A stretch of 64,000 nt of DNA from Ilumatobacteraceae bacterium (GTDB lineage: Bacteria > Actinomycetota > Acidimicrobiia > Acidimicrobiales > Ilumatobacteraceae). Location of the stretch: positions 8,257-72,256 of the forward strand of contig JBBANL010000009.1 of the NCBI GenBank assembly GCA_040401975.1, given 5' to 3'. The notes under the pieces are model-generated. The model did not search any database and had not been told where the DNA came from. It was given only the letters and a program-made list of their open reading frames with translations. The first letter of the stretch is position 1, and every line of letters starts with the position of its first letter. The position numbers were made by a program, and so were the translations under genes. Positions 1 through 11,144 of this stretch are shown here, in pieces.

Positions 1-397
1 CGATGTCGAACACCGCAAGGGCGCGCAGACGGTCATGAAGTTCAGGGCGTCCGTCGAGGAACGTGAAGTAGTGCTGCGACGGATCGTGGTCGATGAACAA
101 CTGCAGGGAGCCCTCGCCGAGCGGGCCCTCCCTCACGACCGTCGGCGGAATGATGTCGTACCCCAGCGCCTCGCTCAGGCGGTAGGCCGCCACTTCGCGC
201 TTGTAGAGACCGGGGTCGAAGTCCCACAGTGGCCGTTCGCCCGTGAGGGGCTTGTAGATGGCCTTCATCAACGAGTCATCGTCTCCATGTGGCCCGACGG
301 TGACGAGGAACGTGGCGTTCGACGAATTCGGCATGCGCCCGTCGATGTCGATCGGGCCGTGCGAGAGTCGTTCGAGAACCGACGGGTCGTGCTTCAT
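1..397 (-). CDS. SCO1664-family protein (kinase-like fold). N-terminal part only; the C-terminus lies beyond the window edge.
   Basis: Reverse-strand ATG at 395-397. Translation MKHDPSVLERLSHGPIDIDGRMPNSSNATFLVT... stays open to position 1, so it is absent from the ORF track (no stop in window). It lies 36 nt after the DUF3090 gene, as in the conserved actinobacterial three-gene cassette (family names recalled). Confidence 0.7.
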   Translation of the reverse strand, partial: MKHDPSVLERLSHGPIDIDGRMPNSSNATFLVTVGPHGDDDSLMKAIYKPLTGERPLWDFDPGLYKREVAAYRLSEALGYDIIPPTVVREGPLGEGSLQLFIDHDPSQHYFTFLDGRPELHDRLRALAVFDI

Positions 398-433
398 GCC
401 CAGTTGAACCTCATGCCCGGCAGAACTTCATGT

Positions 434-970
434 TCAGTTGAACTTGGGGCAGGCGTGTCCGGCGGGATCCATCGGCTGGCTGCACCACTTGCAGGTGGTT
501 CGACCTGCGGACACGAACAGATCGGCAGTGTCGCAGAATGCACGCACCTGTTCCGGCGTGAGAAGAACGCGCACGACAGTGGTGGGGGACTCGTCATCTT
601 CATCGTCGGACATGACCTCGAAGATGTCGTCTTCGTCGTCTTCGTCGATGAACACCATTTCCTCGAGTTGGACAACCATTCTCATGTTCGATCGGTCGAC
701 GCCGAGACCAATCGACCCGAGAACAAAATCCTGCTCGACCGGACTGACAAGAGATGCCGTCATCGGGTCGACGGTCGGTCCGGTGTCGGGCATGTCGGAC
801 AACATGTCGCGCAGATAACTGCTGAGTGCCTGCACCTGGGTCTTTTCGCACTTGACCGACACCGTGCGGTTGTCGGCCCGCACCTGCAGGTAGAACGTGC
901 GCGATCCGGGTTGACCGATGGCGCCCGTGGCGAATGCGTCGGCCTTTTCGAAATCGAAATACATGCTCAT
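434..970 (-). CDS. DUF3090 family protein
   Basis: Track ORF of 178 aa: MSMYFDFEKADAFATGAIGQPGSRTFYLQV..., an acidic central insert, and a C-terminal CKWCSQPMDPAGHACP cysteine knuckle. This is the typical DUF3090 layout. Confidence 0.8.
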   Translation of the reverse strand: MSMYFDFEKADAFATGAIGQPGSRTFYLQVRADNRTVSVKCEKTQVQALSSYLRDMLSDMPDTGPTVDPMTASLVSPVEQDFVLGSIGLGVDRSNMRMVVQLEEMVFIDEDDEDDIFEVMSDDEDDESPTTVVRVLLTPEQVRAFCDTADLFVSAGRTTCKWCSQPMDPAGHACPKFN

Positions 971-993
971 CGTGCCACCAGTGTGTCAGCCGT

Positions 994-1650
994 TCATGAC
1001 GGTCGCAGGTCGGCGAGCGATCCGCCCGTCGAGTTCACGGTGAGGACAACCGGACCATGGTGCGAGTACGCAATCGCACTCACCGAACACGTGCCGATCA
1101 CGATGCGCTGGAAAAGGTCGAGGTGGGTCCCCATTGCGTGCGCCACCGCCGCCTTGATGGGGTCGGCGTGCGACACGCACACCACGGTCCCACCCGGATG
1201 CGCACTGCGGATGCGGTCGAGAGCAGTGACCATGCGTGTCTGCATCTCGGTGAACGATTCGCCCCCCGGGAAGCGGAAAGTGCTCGGAGCCTTCTGCACG
1301 GTCGACCATTCGGGCTTCTTCATCAACTTGCCAAGTTCTGAGCCTGTCCAGTCGCCGAACTCGCATTCGAGAAGGCCCCTGTCGATCTTCACACGCTGTT
1401 TCAGTGCCTTTGCAATCGGCGCCGCGGTCTCGCGTGCACGCTCGAGAGGCGATGCATAGATGGCGTCGACGCGCGGAAGTTCGGCGATTCGTTCGGCAAC
1501 CCGATGTGCCTGCGATACGCCTGCCTCGGCCAGATGCAACCCCGCCGCACGACCGGGCAGGATCTTGCCGGTGGTCGGAGTCTGGCCGTGACGCACCAGA
1601 AGAATCAGTGTCGACGATGGGGGAGCCTGCTTCTTTTTTGCCTGAGCCAT
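994..1650 (-). CDS. Histidine phosphatase family protein (MSMEG_4193-type putative phosphomutase)
   Basis: 218 aa with the LVRHGQT (RHG) phosphohistidine motif and a later VCVSHADPIK segment. It is the first gene of the trio with DUF3090 and SCO1664. Confidence 0.8.
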   Translation of the reverse strand: MAQAKKKQAPPSSTLILLVRHGQTPTTGKILPGRAAGLHLAEAGVSQAHRVAERIAELPRVDAIYASPLERARETAAPIAKALKQRVKIDRGLLECEFGDWTGSELGKLMKKPEWSTVQKAPSTFRFPGGESFTEMQTRMVTALDRIRSAHPGGTVVCVSHADPIKAAVAHAMGTHLDLFQRIVIGTCSVSAIAYSHHGPVVLTVNSTGGSLADLRPS

Positions 1651-1667
1651 GCGGTTCCCAACCTACT

Positions 1668-2348
1668 GTGAGGGGAGTGGATTCCCTGAAGCGAGTGAGT
1701 GCCGACATCTGTGACTGTCGCACGTGCCCGCGCTTGGTGTCGTGGCGGGAACAGGTCGCACACGACAAGCGAGCGTCATTCCGAGACGACGATTACTGGG
1801 GACGAGGAGTTCCCGGTTTCGGTGATGCGAAAGCGACGGTGTGGGTGGTGGGGCTTGCACCCGCCGCACACGGCGCGAACAGAACCGGACGAATGTTCAC
1901 CGGTGACCGCAGCGGCGACTGGCTGTACCGCGCGATGCACAAAGCCGGACTCGCATCGCAGCCCGAGAGCATCAATGCGCGCGACGGTCTCTCACTCTCG
2001 AACGCATGGGTGTCGTCGGTGGTGCGCTGCGCACCGCCCGACAACAAGCCGTCGCCCGAGGAACGCGACGCGTGCATCGGGTTTCTGCGCAGAGAGCGCG
2101 CACTGCTGACGAACGTGAAGGCTGTGGTGTGCCTCGGCAACTTTGCCTACGAAGCCGTGTGCAGGGAGTGGGGCGTGAAGCCGCGTCCGAAATTCGGTCA
2201 CGGCGTCGAGGTGAAGGCTCCCGACGGCACGACGGTGATCTGTTCGTTCCACCCGAGCCAACAGAACACGTTCACCGGGAAGCTCACCGAGCCGATGCTC
2301 GACGCAGTGTTCGCGCGCGCGGCGCGAATTGCCGCAACTGCGAACTAG
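1668..2348 (+). CDS. Uracil-DNA glycosylase, family 5 (UdgB-like, Fe-S)
   Basis: In-frame GTG at 1668 (alternative 1677). CDCRTCPRL cysteines and a GLAPAAHGANRTGRMFTGDRSG motif. The upstream part of the 314-aa track ORF overlaps the divergent phosphatase gene and is discarded. Confidence 0.75.
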   Translation: MRGVDSLKRVSADICDCRTCPRLVSWREQVAHDKRASFRDDDYWGRGVPGFGDAKATVWVVGLAPAAHGANRTGRMFTGDRSGDWLYRAMHKAGLASQPESINARDGLSLSNAWVSSVVRCAPPDNKPSPEERDACIGFLRRERALLTNVKAVVCLGNFAYEAVCREWGVKPRPKFGHGVEVKAPDGTTVICSFHPSQQNTFTGKLTEPMLDAVFARAARIAATAN

Positions 2349-3253
2349 GCGTTCAGGGCCTTCGAGAGCATTGTCGCCGCCATGTCGTGGGCGGAGTTCG
2401 CATCATCCATCAGATGGTGCATGCCGAAGAAACTGTGGAACATGCCGTTGAACCGCACGATGCTGGCCGGAACCCCGTTGGCAATCAGTCTGCGTCCGTA
2501 TTCCTCGCCCTCGTCACGCAACGGGTCGAGCTCGGCCGTGATCACCAGAGCCGGCGGTGCGCCGACGAAAAGAGAGTCGGGCGAGAACAACGGTGAGGCG
2601 AGCGGATCCTTCATGTCGGCCGACGAGGGCATGTAATGACCGATGAACCACGCCATGGCCTGCTGCGTCAGCACCGGTCCTGCGGCATTTTCCTCGTGCG
2701 AACCGAATGACTGTGTCATGTCGGTGGCGGGGTAGATCAACAACTGGAACACGAGAGGGACCGGACGTTGCTGGGCAACGACTGCGGCGAGGTTTCCTCC
2801 CGCGCTGTCTCCGCCGACGGCGATGCGGTCGGGGTTCACGCCGAGTTCCGAAGCGTTCTCGTACGCCCACCGAAGCGCGCACAATGCGTCTTCGGCTGCT
2901 GCAGGGAACGGATGCTCGGGAGCGAGGCGGTAGTCAACCGACAGCACCGCATGCCCGGTGCGTGATGCAAGCGAACGGCACACTCCGTCGTGGGAATCGA
3001 GACCGCCGATGACCCAACCGCCACCGTGGTAATACACGAGCAAGCCACTGTCGGTGCGCGAGGTGGGGCGGTAGAGACGCGAGGGAACTCCTCCCGCGCT
3101 CACATCACGGATTTCGTGCATTTCCTCGGGTCCGGGCACAGAACGCGAGGCGTAATAGGCGCGGAACTCGGTCGGAGTCGACTCGTGGATCACGGGGCCG
3201 CCGAGAGCCGCCATCATCTCGAGAATTGCCGATGCCTGCGGATGTAACGCCAT
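2345..3253 (-). CDS. Alpha/beta hydrolase, hormone-sensitive-lipase-type esterase
   Basis: 302 aa with the HGGGW oxyanion motif, the GDSAGG nucleophile elbow and a C-terminal DPLRDEG...H segment. Confidence 0.8.
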   Translation of the reverse strand: MALHPQASAILEMMAALGGPVIHESTPTEFRAYYASRSVPGPEEMHEIRDVSAGGVPSRLYRPTSRTDSGLLVYYHGGGWVIGGLDSHDGVCRSLASRTGHAVLSVDYRLAPEHPFPAAAEDALCALRWAYENASELGVNPDRIAVGGDSAGGNLAAVVAQQRPVPLVFQLLIYPATDMTQSFGSHEENAAGPVLTQQAMAWFIGHYMPSSADMKDPLASPLFSPDSLFVGAPPALVITAELDPLRDEGEEYGRRLIANGVPASIVRFNGMFHSFFGMHHLMDDANSAHDMAATMLSKALNA

Positions 3254-3310
3254 GGTGTCCCCCTCGTGACTGGTGTGACCACACAGTAGTCGTGTGGCCC
3301 GACGCAGTCG

Positions 3311-4537
3311 TCAGGCGGGTGTTGCCGGTGGCGCGTCGGTTGTCGGTGCGTCGGGCGCCGGAGCATCCGCAGCCGGCGCCTTCTTCTTGAGTGCGGGAGT
3401 TCCGACCTTCACGGTCGTCTCGGCCCAGTCGGGCCAACGGCGACGGCTCACGATCGACAGTGTGCGCAACAACTTCATCGCGACTTCGTCTTCCTGCGCG
3501 GGACGCGACTCGATGACGCCGTCTTTCAGCATGCGTTCGATGACCTCGACACCCAGCTTGGTGCGCACGATGGTGAGGGTCCAGTCGTTGTCCTTGCCGA
3601 TGCCGCCGGTGGAGATGTCGGCGTGCTCGGCGGCAAAGTCGGGGCAGCTCTTGCAGCCTTCGCGGGTCCACTGGTGGCATTCTTTCAGATCGATCTCGTG
3701 GAACGAACCGTCTTTCATCCAGATCTGGAAGGCACCCTTGATATTCATCTTCACCATGTCTTCTTTCTTCAGGCCGTACTTTGGCTCGAAGAGTTCGGTG
3801 AAGATCGCGTCGTCGAATGTCTTGCTGCAGAGAAGACCGATGTTGAAGCGGAACGGCTTCGACACCTTGCCGGCCTTGCGGTCCCACATCACCGGCGGCG
3901 ACGACACCTGGCAACCCATTCCGACGAGAGCAAGATTCGAGAGCCCTTTCTCCTTCGCGTCACGCAATGCGAGCGGGTTCGCGCAGTACGTGTAGCGCGA
4001 CCCGGCGGTGGCGAGAACCTCGTCCTTGGTCTGCACGAGGACGGGCTTGGCCTTCCACCTGTCGTCGTCCTCGACGCCGCTCACCAGTGCACCCTCGATG
4101 TAGCCGTTGTCGAGCAACCACGTGAGCATCGCCGTGACGAAACCGCCGTCCTGGCCCTTCTCGTGCTGCGTCTTGTCGGTGGCGCGGGTCATCAACAACT
4201 GTTCCCAGATGCCGGCCATCTCGTCGTCTTCCCGGTCGCGACCGAAGAGGTGATTGTTGGCCGCGGATTCCCACGTGCGGAAACGCGGACACGCGCGGGT
4301 GCACGTCGTGCAGCCCTTCTCGCCGTGGATGCAGTTGTCGAGGCCGAGTTCTTCCTCGAGGTGGAACGGCTTGTACTTGCCCTCTTCGTGTTCGTAACCG
4401 ATCACGTCGTGGGGGCAGGTGACCACGCAGCCGGCACATCCCGTGCAGAGGCCTGTGTTGATGACCTCTTCGTAGAGTTCCTTCCACTGCGCTGTCCAGC
4501 GCTCGGCCTTGGCGGGGGCATCCGGTGTCATGGTCAT
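3311..4537 (-). CDS. FrhB/FdhB-family Fe-S flavoprotein (coenzyme F420 hydrogenase/dehydrogenase beta-subunit-like)
   Basis: The track ORF is trimmed to ATG 4537 (MTMTPDAPAK...) because its upstream part overlaps the PII gene. Two Cys clusters (CTGCAGCVVTCP and CIHGEKGCTTCTRACP) precede an FrhB-like body. The tail is Ala/Pro-rich. The start lies 17 nt after the PII stop. Confidence 0.65.
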   Translation of the reverse strand: MTMTPDAPAKAERWTAQWKELYEEVINTGLCTGCAGCVVTCPHDVIGYEHEEGKYKPFHLEEELGLDNCIHGEKGCTTCTRACPRFRTWESAANNHLFGRDREDDEMAGIWEQLLMTRATDKTQHEKGQDGGFVTAMLTWLLDNGYIEGALVSGVEDDDRWKAKPVLVQTKDEVLATAGSRYTYCANPLALRDAKEKGLSNLALVGMGCQVSSPPVMWDRKAGKVSKPFRFNIGLLCSKTFDDAIFTELFEPKYGLKKEDMVKMNIKGAFQIWMKDGSFHEIDLKECHQWTREGCKSCPDFAAEHADISTGGIGKDNDWTLTIVRTKLGVEVIERMLKDGVIESRPAQEDEVAMKLLRTLSIVSRRRWPDWAETTVKVGTPALKKKAPAADAPAPDAPTTDAPPATPA

Positions 4538-4554
4538 GACACCGAGACTAGGGC

Positions 4555-6178
<1,624 letters not shown>

Positions 6179-6230
6179 CTGAGTCTCCTGTGGTGAAAGG
6201 GGTAGGTGAGTGAGACGCTAGGAAGCCACT

Positions 6231-6258
6231 GTTTCGGAAGTGTTTCGGGCAGGTGAAT
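6231..6258 (-). promoter_or_regulatory. Candidate GlnR/OmpR-type site: three 11-bp-phased direct repeats upstream of amt (4928..6178)
   Basis: Plus strand carries GTTTCG (6231), GTTTCG (6242) and GTGAAT (6253). On the coding strand this reads ATTCAC-n6-GAAAC-n6-GAAAC, 53 nt upstream of the ATG. It resembles the recalled actinobacterial GlnR box gTnAC-n6-GaAAC. Confidence 0.45.
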
Positions 6259-6273
6259 GCACGCACAACGCAG

Positions 6274-6312
6274 AAAACCCGCGCCGGCCACGTCGTTGTG
6301 GCGGCGCGGGTC
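6274..6312 (-). terminator. Intrinsic terminator between the two amt genes
   Basis: Minus strand reads ACCCGCGCCGCCAC-AACGAC-GTGGCCGGCGCGGGT followed by TTTTCTG. That is about a 14-bp GC stem with one bulge, starting 16 nt after the stop of amt (6328..7599). Confidence 0.75.
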
Positions 6313-6327
6313 TCCCGAAGCCAGGTG

Positions 6328-8086
<1,759 letters not shown>

Positions 8087-10750
8087 TCAGTTCAACTGTT
8101 CGCTGACACGGTCAATCGCGGTCTGGGTGATCTTGCGACCGTGCCGTGTCGACACCTCAAACCGGTCGGACACCGCGCCGTCAAACGTGCTGATGCGTGC
8201 GTGGTGGACATTGATCCGTGCCCGTGCGAACGCTGCCGCGATGGCCTGGACGAGTCCGGGCTGGTCCGAACCCGTCACCGTCACCACGCTGTGCCAGGGG
8301 TGGGCATCGTTGTCGAGAGACAGGGAGAGAACCGCGCCCGTATCCCGCATCAATCGGCGCGAATCATCGATTTTTCGGCGCAGGCGCTTCTCCAACTCAA
8401 CGGCTAATTGCGGCGCCTGGGGGCTTTGTTCGCTGCGCACTCGGAACGTGTCGAGAACTGCACCGTCGCCCCATGTCGCGAGGTCGGCATCGACAATCTC
8501 GAAGCCGCGCTCTGCGAGCACTGCGCAGATGCGGGCCAGCAAGCCGCGCATGTCGCGGGTCGCGATGTCGATCTCCCATTCGTTCGAGACGTCGGTGGCT
8601 CGAACGTTCACGCGCACGGTGCGAGGGCGCGGCGCCGGTTCGACCAGGGTGGCGTGTCTCACGAGCACCTCGGGTTCGTGTGCAAGCAGGTACACAGGGG
8701 CGGCGTTGCGCAGGCGTTCGATCACGAGCGGGTCGGTTGTCAGCGCAATCGCGTCGCGTCGACGGACTTCGACCAGAGAATTCTCGGAACCTTCGATGAG
8801 TTCGGGATGCGCGAGAAGTGTCTGCACGTTGGTGGTGATGTCGACGAGCACGGAGAACTGCCAGTCCTGCAGATCGCCCCTTGCCTCAGTCAGCAGCCTG
8901 CACCGCTCGACCATCACGGGGGTCGCGAGGAATCCGGCGAGCTGGGCGAGAACGCGGTTGTCGGGTTCGTACGGTTCGGTGGTGCACGCAACATGCAACA
9001 GGCTCGATGCCGACATCAACGAGCGGGTCTCCTCGCGCGTGGCGTCATCGAGTGCCAGCCGGTCGAGCAGGGTCGACGCATCGGAGCCGTCGGAGAAGTC
9101 GGAGATGAACGCCGCGAGCAACAACGACTCATCGGCCGGAGAGAGTCTGTTGGACAGTTTCTTCAGCGCTTCGAGAACCGGTGTCTGTGCGAGGTGTGTG
9201 GGGTCCAGTTCGCTCGCGTCGCCACGCCGCGAACGTAGTGCGCGGGCAATCTCGGGCAATGCGCGCTCGAGAACGTTCGTCACGTCGAGAAAACGCCACG
9301 AGCGGGCGTTGCCCCGCATCAGCAGTTCGAGCAGCAGGTCGGTGGCACGAGAGTCCCACGTCAGCGGCGTGGCCCGTGTGGCGTGCATCCAATCGAGCAG
9401 CGCAGTATTGGGTTGCGAATGTGCGGCATGAAGTGACGCCTCGAGAGCCAACGGCAGCACGAGATCGGTGGGGGGGACCCCGTGCAACTGAACCTCGCCG
9501 TCGATGGCCCGGATCCAGCCGCCGACCGGTTCGTCGGTGGTGGCGGGTTCCGTTGTCGCGGCCGCGGCATCGTTCTTCGAGATTCTCCAGCGCAACAACG
9601 GCGGGGTGATGACAGTGGTGACGAGAACCATCAAAAGCACCACCGCGTAGAGGTCGTCTTTGAACACCCCGACAGACACCCCGATTGATGCAAAAATCAA
9701 CCCGACTTCTCCGCGCGGAACCATGCCGAATCCGATGACCAGTTTGTCGGTGTTCGTGCCGAGCGCACCGAGAGCGGCAAGCATCTTTCCTGCAATCGCA
9801 ATGACAGAGAGAATCGCGGCAACAATCAGGACATGGCCGTCAAAGAACTTCGTGACGTCGGTGTCGATGCCGATCTGCATGAAGAACACGGGAATGAAAA
9901 TGCTGCCGAGCACTGCGAAGTCACGGGCGATGCGATCGTGGTGCTCGGTACGTGCCAGAGCAACCCCGGCGACGAAGGCTCCGATGATCGGCGCCAGCTT
10001 CGCTCCGCTCGCCGCGGCGGAAAATCCGAACGTGACGCCCGCGGCGACGACCCCGACCGTGACCGGTGACGCGGCACGTGAAGAGATCCACTTGATGATG
10101 CGGGGCAACAGCACGAGCCCGATTGCGCCCGCCACCACAAGGAATCCGACGGCGAGCCCGATTGTGCTTGCGAGTCCCGCTGCATCGATCGACCCCTGTT
10201 CGACGACCCGCGTGACCACCGTGAGGATGATCAGGCCGAGAACGTCGTCGGCAACGGCCGCGCCGAGAACGATTCGCGCCTCGGTTGACGACAGAGCCTT
10301 GAGGTCGCCGAAGACACGGGCGGTGATCCCGACGCTCGTGGCCGCCAGTGCCGCCCCGAGGAACAGTGAGGCATTCATGCTCTCGCCGAGCAAACCGCCC
10401 GCGATGACGCCGCTCGACATCGGCAGTGTCACACCGAGAATGGCCACGATGAACGACGCGCGTCCGACGCGTCGCAATTCATTGAGGTCCATCTCGAGCC
10501 CCACCTCGGCGAGCAGCACGATCACGCCGACCTCGGCGAGGACACGCAATGCATCACTCGGCTCGACGAGACCGAGGGCAGAGGGACCAATCAGGATTCC
10601 GGCAACGATCTCACCTAGAACTGCGGGCACGCCCGCCCGTTCGCACAATTCAGACGCAATCTTGGCGACGATGAGCACGATTGCCAGGGTTGCGAAGATC
10701 TGACCGAAGTCGACGCCCTGTGCGGCAGCAGAAAAAACCACGGCGATCAC
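8087..10750 (-). CDS. CPA2-family cation/proton antiporter fused to a GlnD-like C-terminal regulatory region with two ACT domains
   Basis: N-terminal ~420 aa are Kef-like (GEIVAGILIGPSALGL, AVADDVLGLIILTVV). The C-terminus carries two ACT-like units (WEIDIATRDMRGLLARICAVLAERGFEIVDADL..., HSVVTVTGSDQPGLVQAIAAAFARARINVHHARIS...). The start is set at GTG 10750, 2 nt after the stop of the upstream gene. An alternative ATG at 10819 would overlap that gene. Confidence 0.7.
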   Translation of the reverse strand: MIAVVFSAAAQGVDFGQIFATLAIVLIVAKIASELCERAGVPAVLGEIVAGILIGPSALGLVEPSDALRVLAEVGVIVLLAEVGLEMDLNELRRVGRASFIVAILGVTLPMSSGVIAGGLLGESMNASLFLGAALAATSVGITARVFGDLKALSSTEARIVLGAAVADDVLGLIILTVVTRVVEQGSIDAAGLASTIGLAVGFLVVAGAIGLVLLPRIIKWISSRAASPVTVGVVAAGVTFGFSAAASGAKLAPIIGAFVAGVALARTEHHDRIARDFAVLGSIFIPVFFMQIGIDTDVTKFFDGHVLIVAAILSVIAIAGKMLAALGALGTNTDKLVIGFGMVPRGEVGLIFASIGVSVGVFKDDLYAVVLLMVLVTTVITPPLLRWRISKNDAAAATTEPATTDEPVGGWIRAIDGEVQLHGVPPTDLVLPLALEASLHAAHSQPNTALLDWMHATRATPLTWDSRATDLLLELLMRGNARSWRFLDVTNVLERALPEIARALRSRRGDASELDPTHLAQTPVLEALKKLSNRLSPADESLLLAAFISDFSDGSDASTLLDRLALDDATREETRSLMSASSLLHVACTTEPYEPDNRVLAQLAGFLATPVMVERCRLLTEARGDLQDWQFSVLVDITTNVQTLLAHPELIEGSENSLVEVRRRDAIALTTDPLVIERLRNAAPVYLLAHEPEVLVRHATLVEPAPRPRTVRVNVRATDVSNEWEIDIATRDMRGLLARICAVLAERGFEIVDADLATWGDGAVLDTFRVRSEQSPQAPQLAVELEKRLRRKIDDSRRLMRDTGAVLSLSLDNDAHPWHSVVTVTGSDQPGLVQAIAAAFARARINVHHARISTFDGAVSDRFEVSTRHGRKITQTAIDRVSEQLN

Positions 10751-10752
10751 GA

Positions 10753-11025
10753 CTAATTGTCTATCCGCTGGGCGAGGATTTTCTTCGCCGAATTGAGTCC
10801 GCGTTCCGTCAGGATCCATCCGCGTTGTCTCACGGTGTTGATTGCATCGGGCCCGAGCACGCGACGCAGGGCGACAAGACACACGTCGGCACGGCGCAGG
10901 CTCGCCGAATCAAGCCCGGCCAGGCGGGCCAGAGTCTCCCGGCTCGTCACGCGTCCTTCTTGTCGAACCAGCACGCGCAGCACGCTGATGTCGGCGTCGG
11001 TGAGGTCGTCGGAGCCGGGGTTCAT
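10753..11025 (-). CDS. Stand-alone OmpR/PhoB-type winged-helix DNA-binding protein (no receiver domain)
   Basis: 90 aa. LTDADISVLRVLVRQEGRVTSRETL...RRADVCLVALRRVLGPDAINTVRQRGWIL follows the OmpR C-terminal effector-domain pattern. Confidence 0.65.
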   Translation of the reverse strand: MNPGSDDLTDADISVLRVLVRQEGRVTSRETLARLAGLDSASLRRADVCLVALRRVLGPDAINTVRQRGWILTERGLNSAKKILAQRIDN

Positions 11026-11061
11026 TGCGACCTGACCCTAAGTGAGGAATTTTTCGGGGGT

Positions 11062-11091
11062 GTTCGGCTGTTGTGAACGGTGTGTGAATGG
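11062..11091. promoter_or_regulatory. Three 11-bp-phased repeats (GTTCGG, GTGAAC, GTGAAT) containing 20-nt motif copy B
   Basis: Repeat starts at 11062, 11073 and 11084. The 20-mer TGTGAACGGTGTGTGAATGG occupies 11072..11091. It lies in the divergent region between the wHTH gene (start 11025) and the acyl-CoA dehydrogenase gene (start 11145). Confidence 0.5.
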
Positions 11092-11144
11092 ACACACCGC
11101 CTCGATGCGCCGATTCGACCGGAAAGCCGACAGACTCAGAAGCC

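Noticed and set aside
35-1459. 474-aa plus-strand ORF. Similar long ORFs occur elsewhere, e.g. 4925..6127 (+), 8127..9431 (+), 9660..10703 (+), 15444..16619 (-) and 40246..41403 (-).
   Set aside because: These lie antisense to, or out of frame with, genes that have clear family motifs. Their products are Arg/Ala/Gly/Pro-rich low-complexity sequences, typical of shadow ORFs in high-GC DNA.
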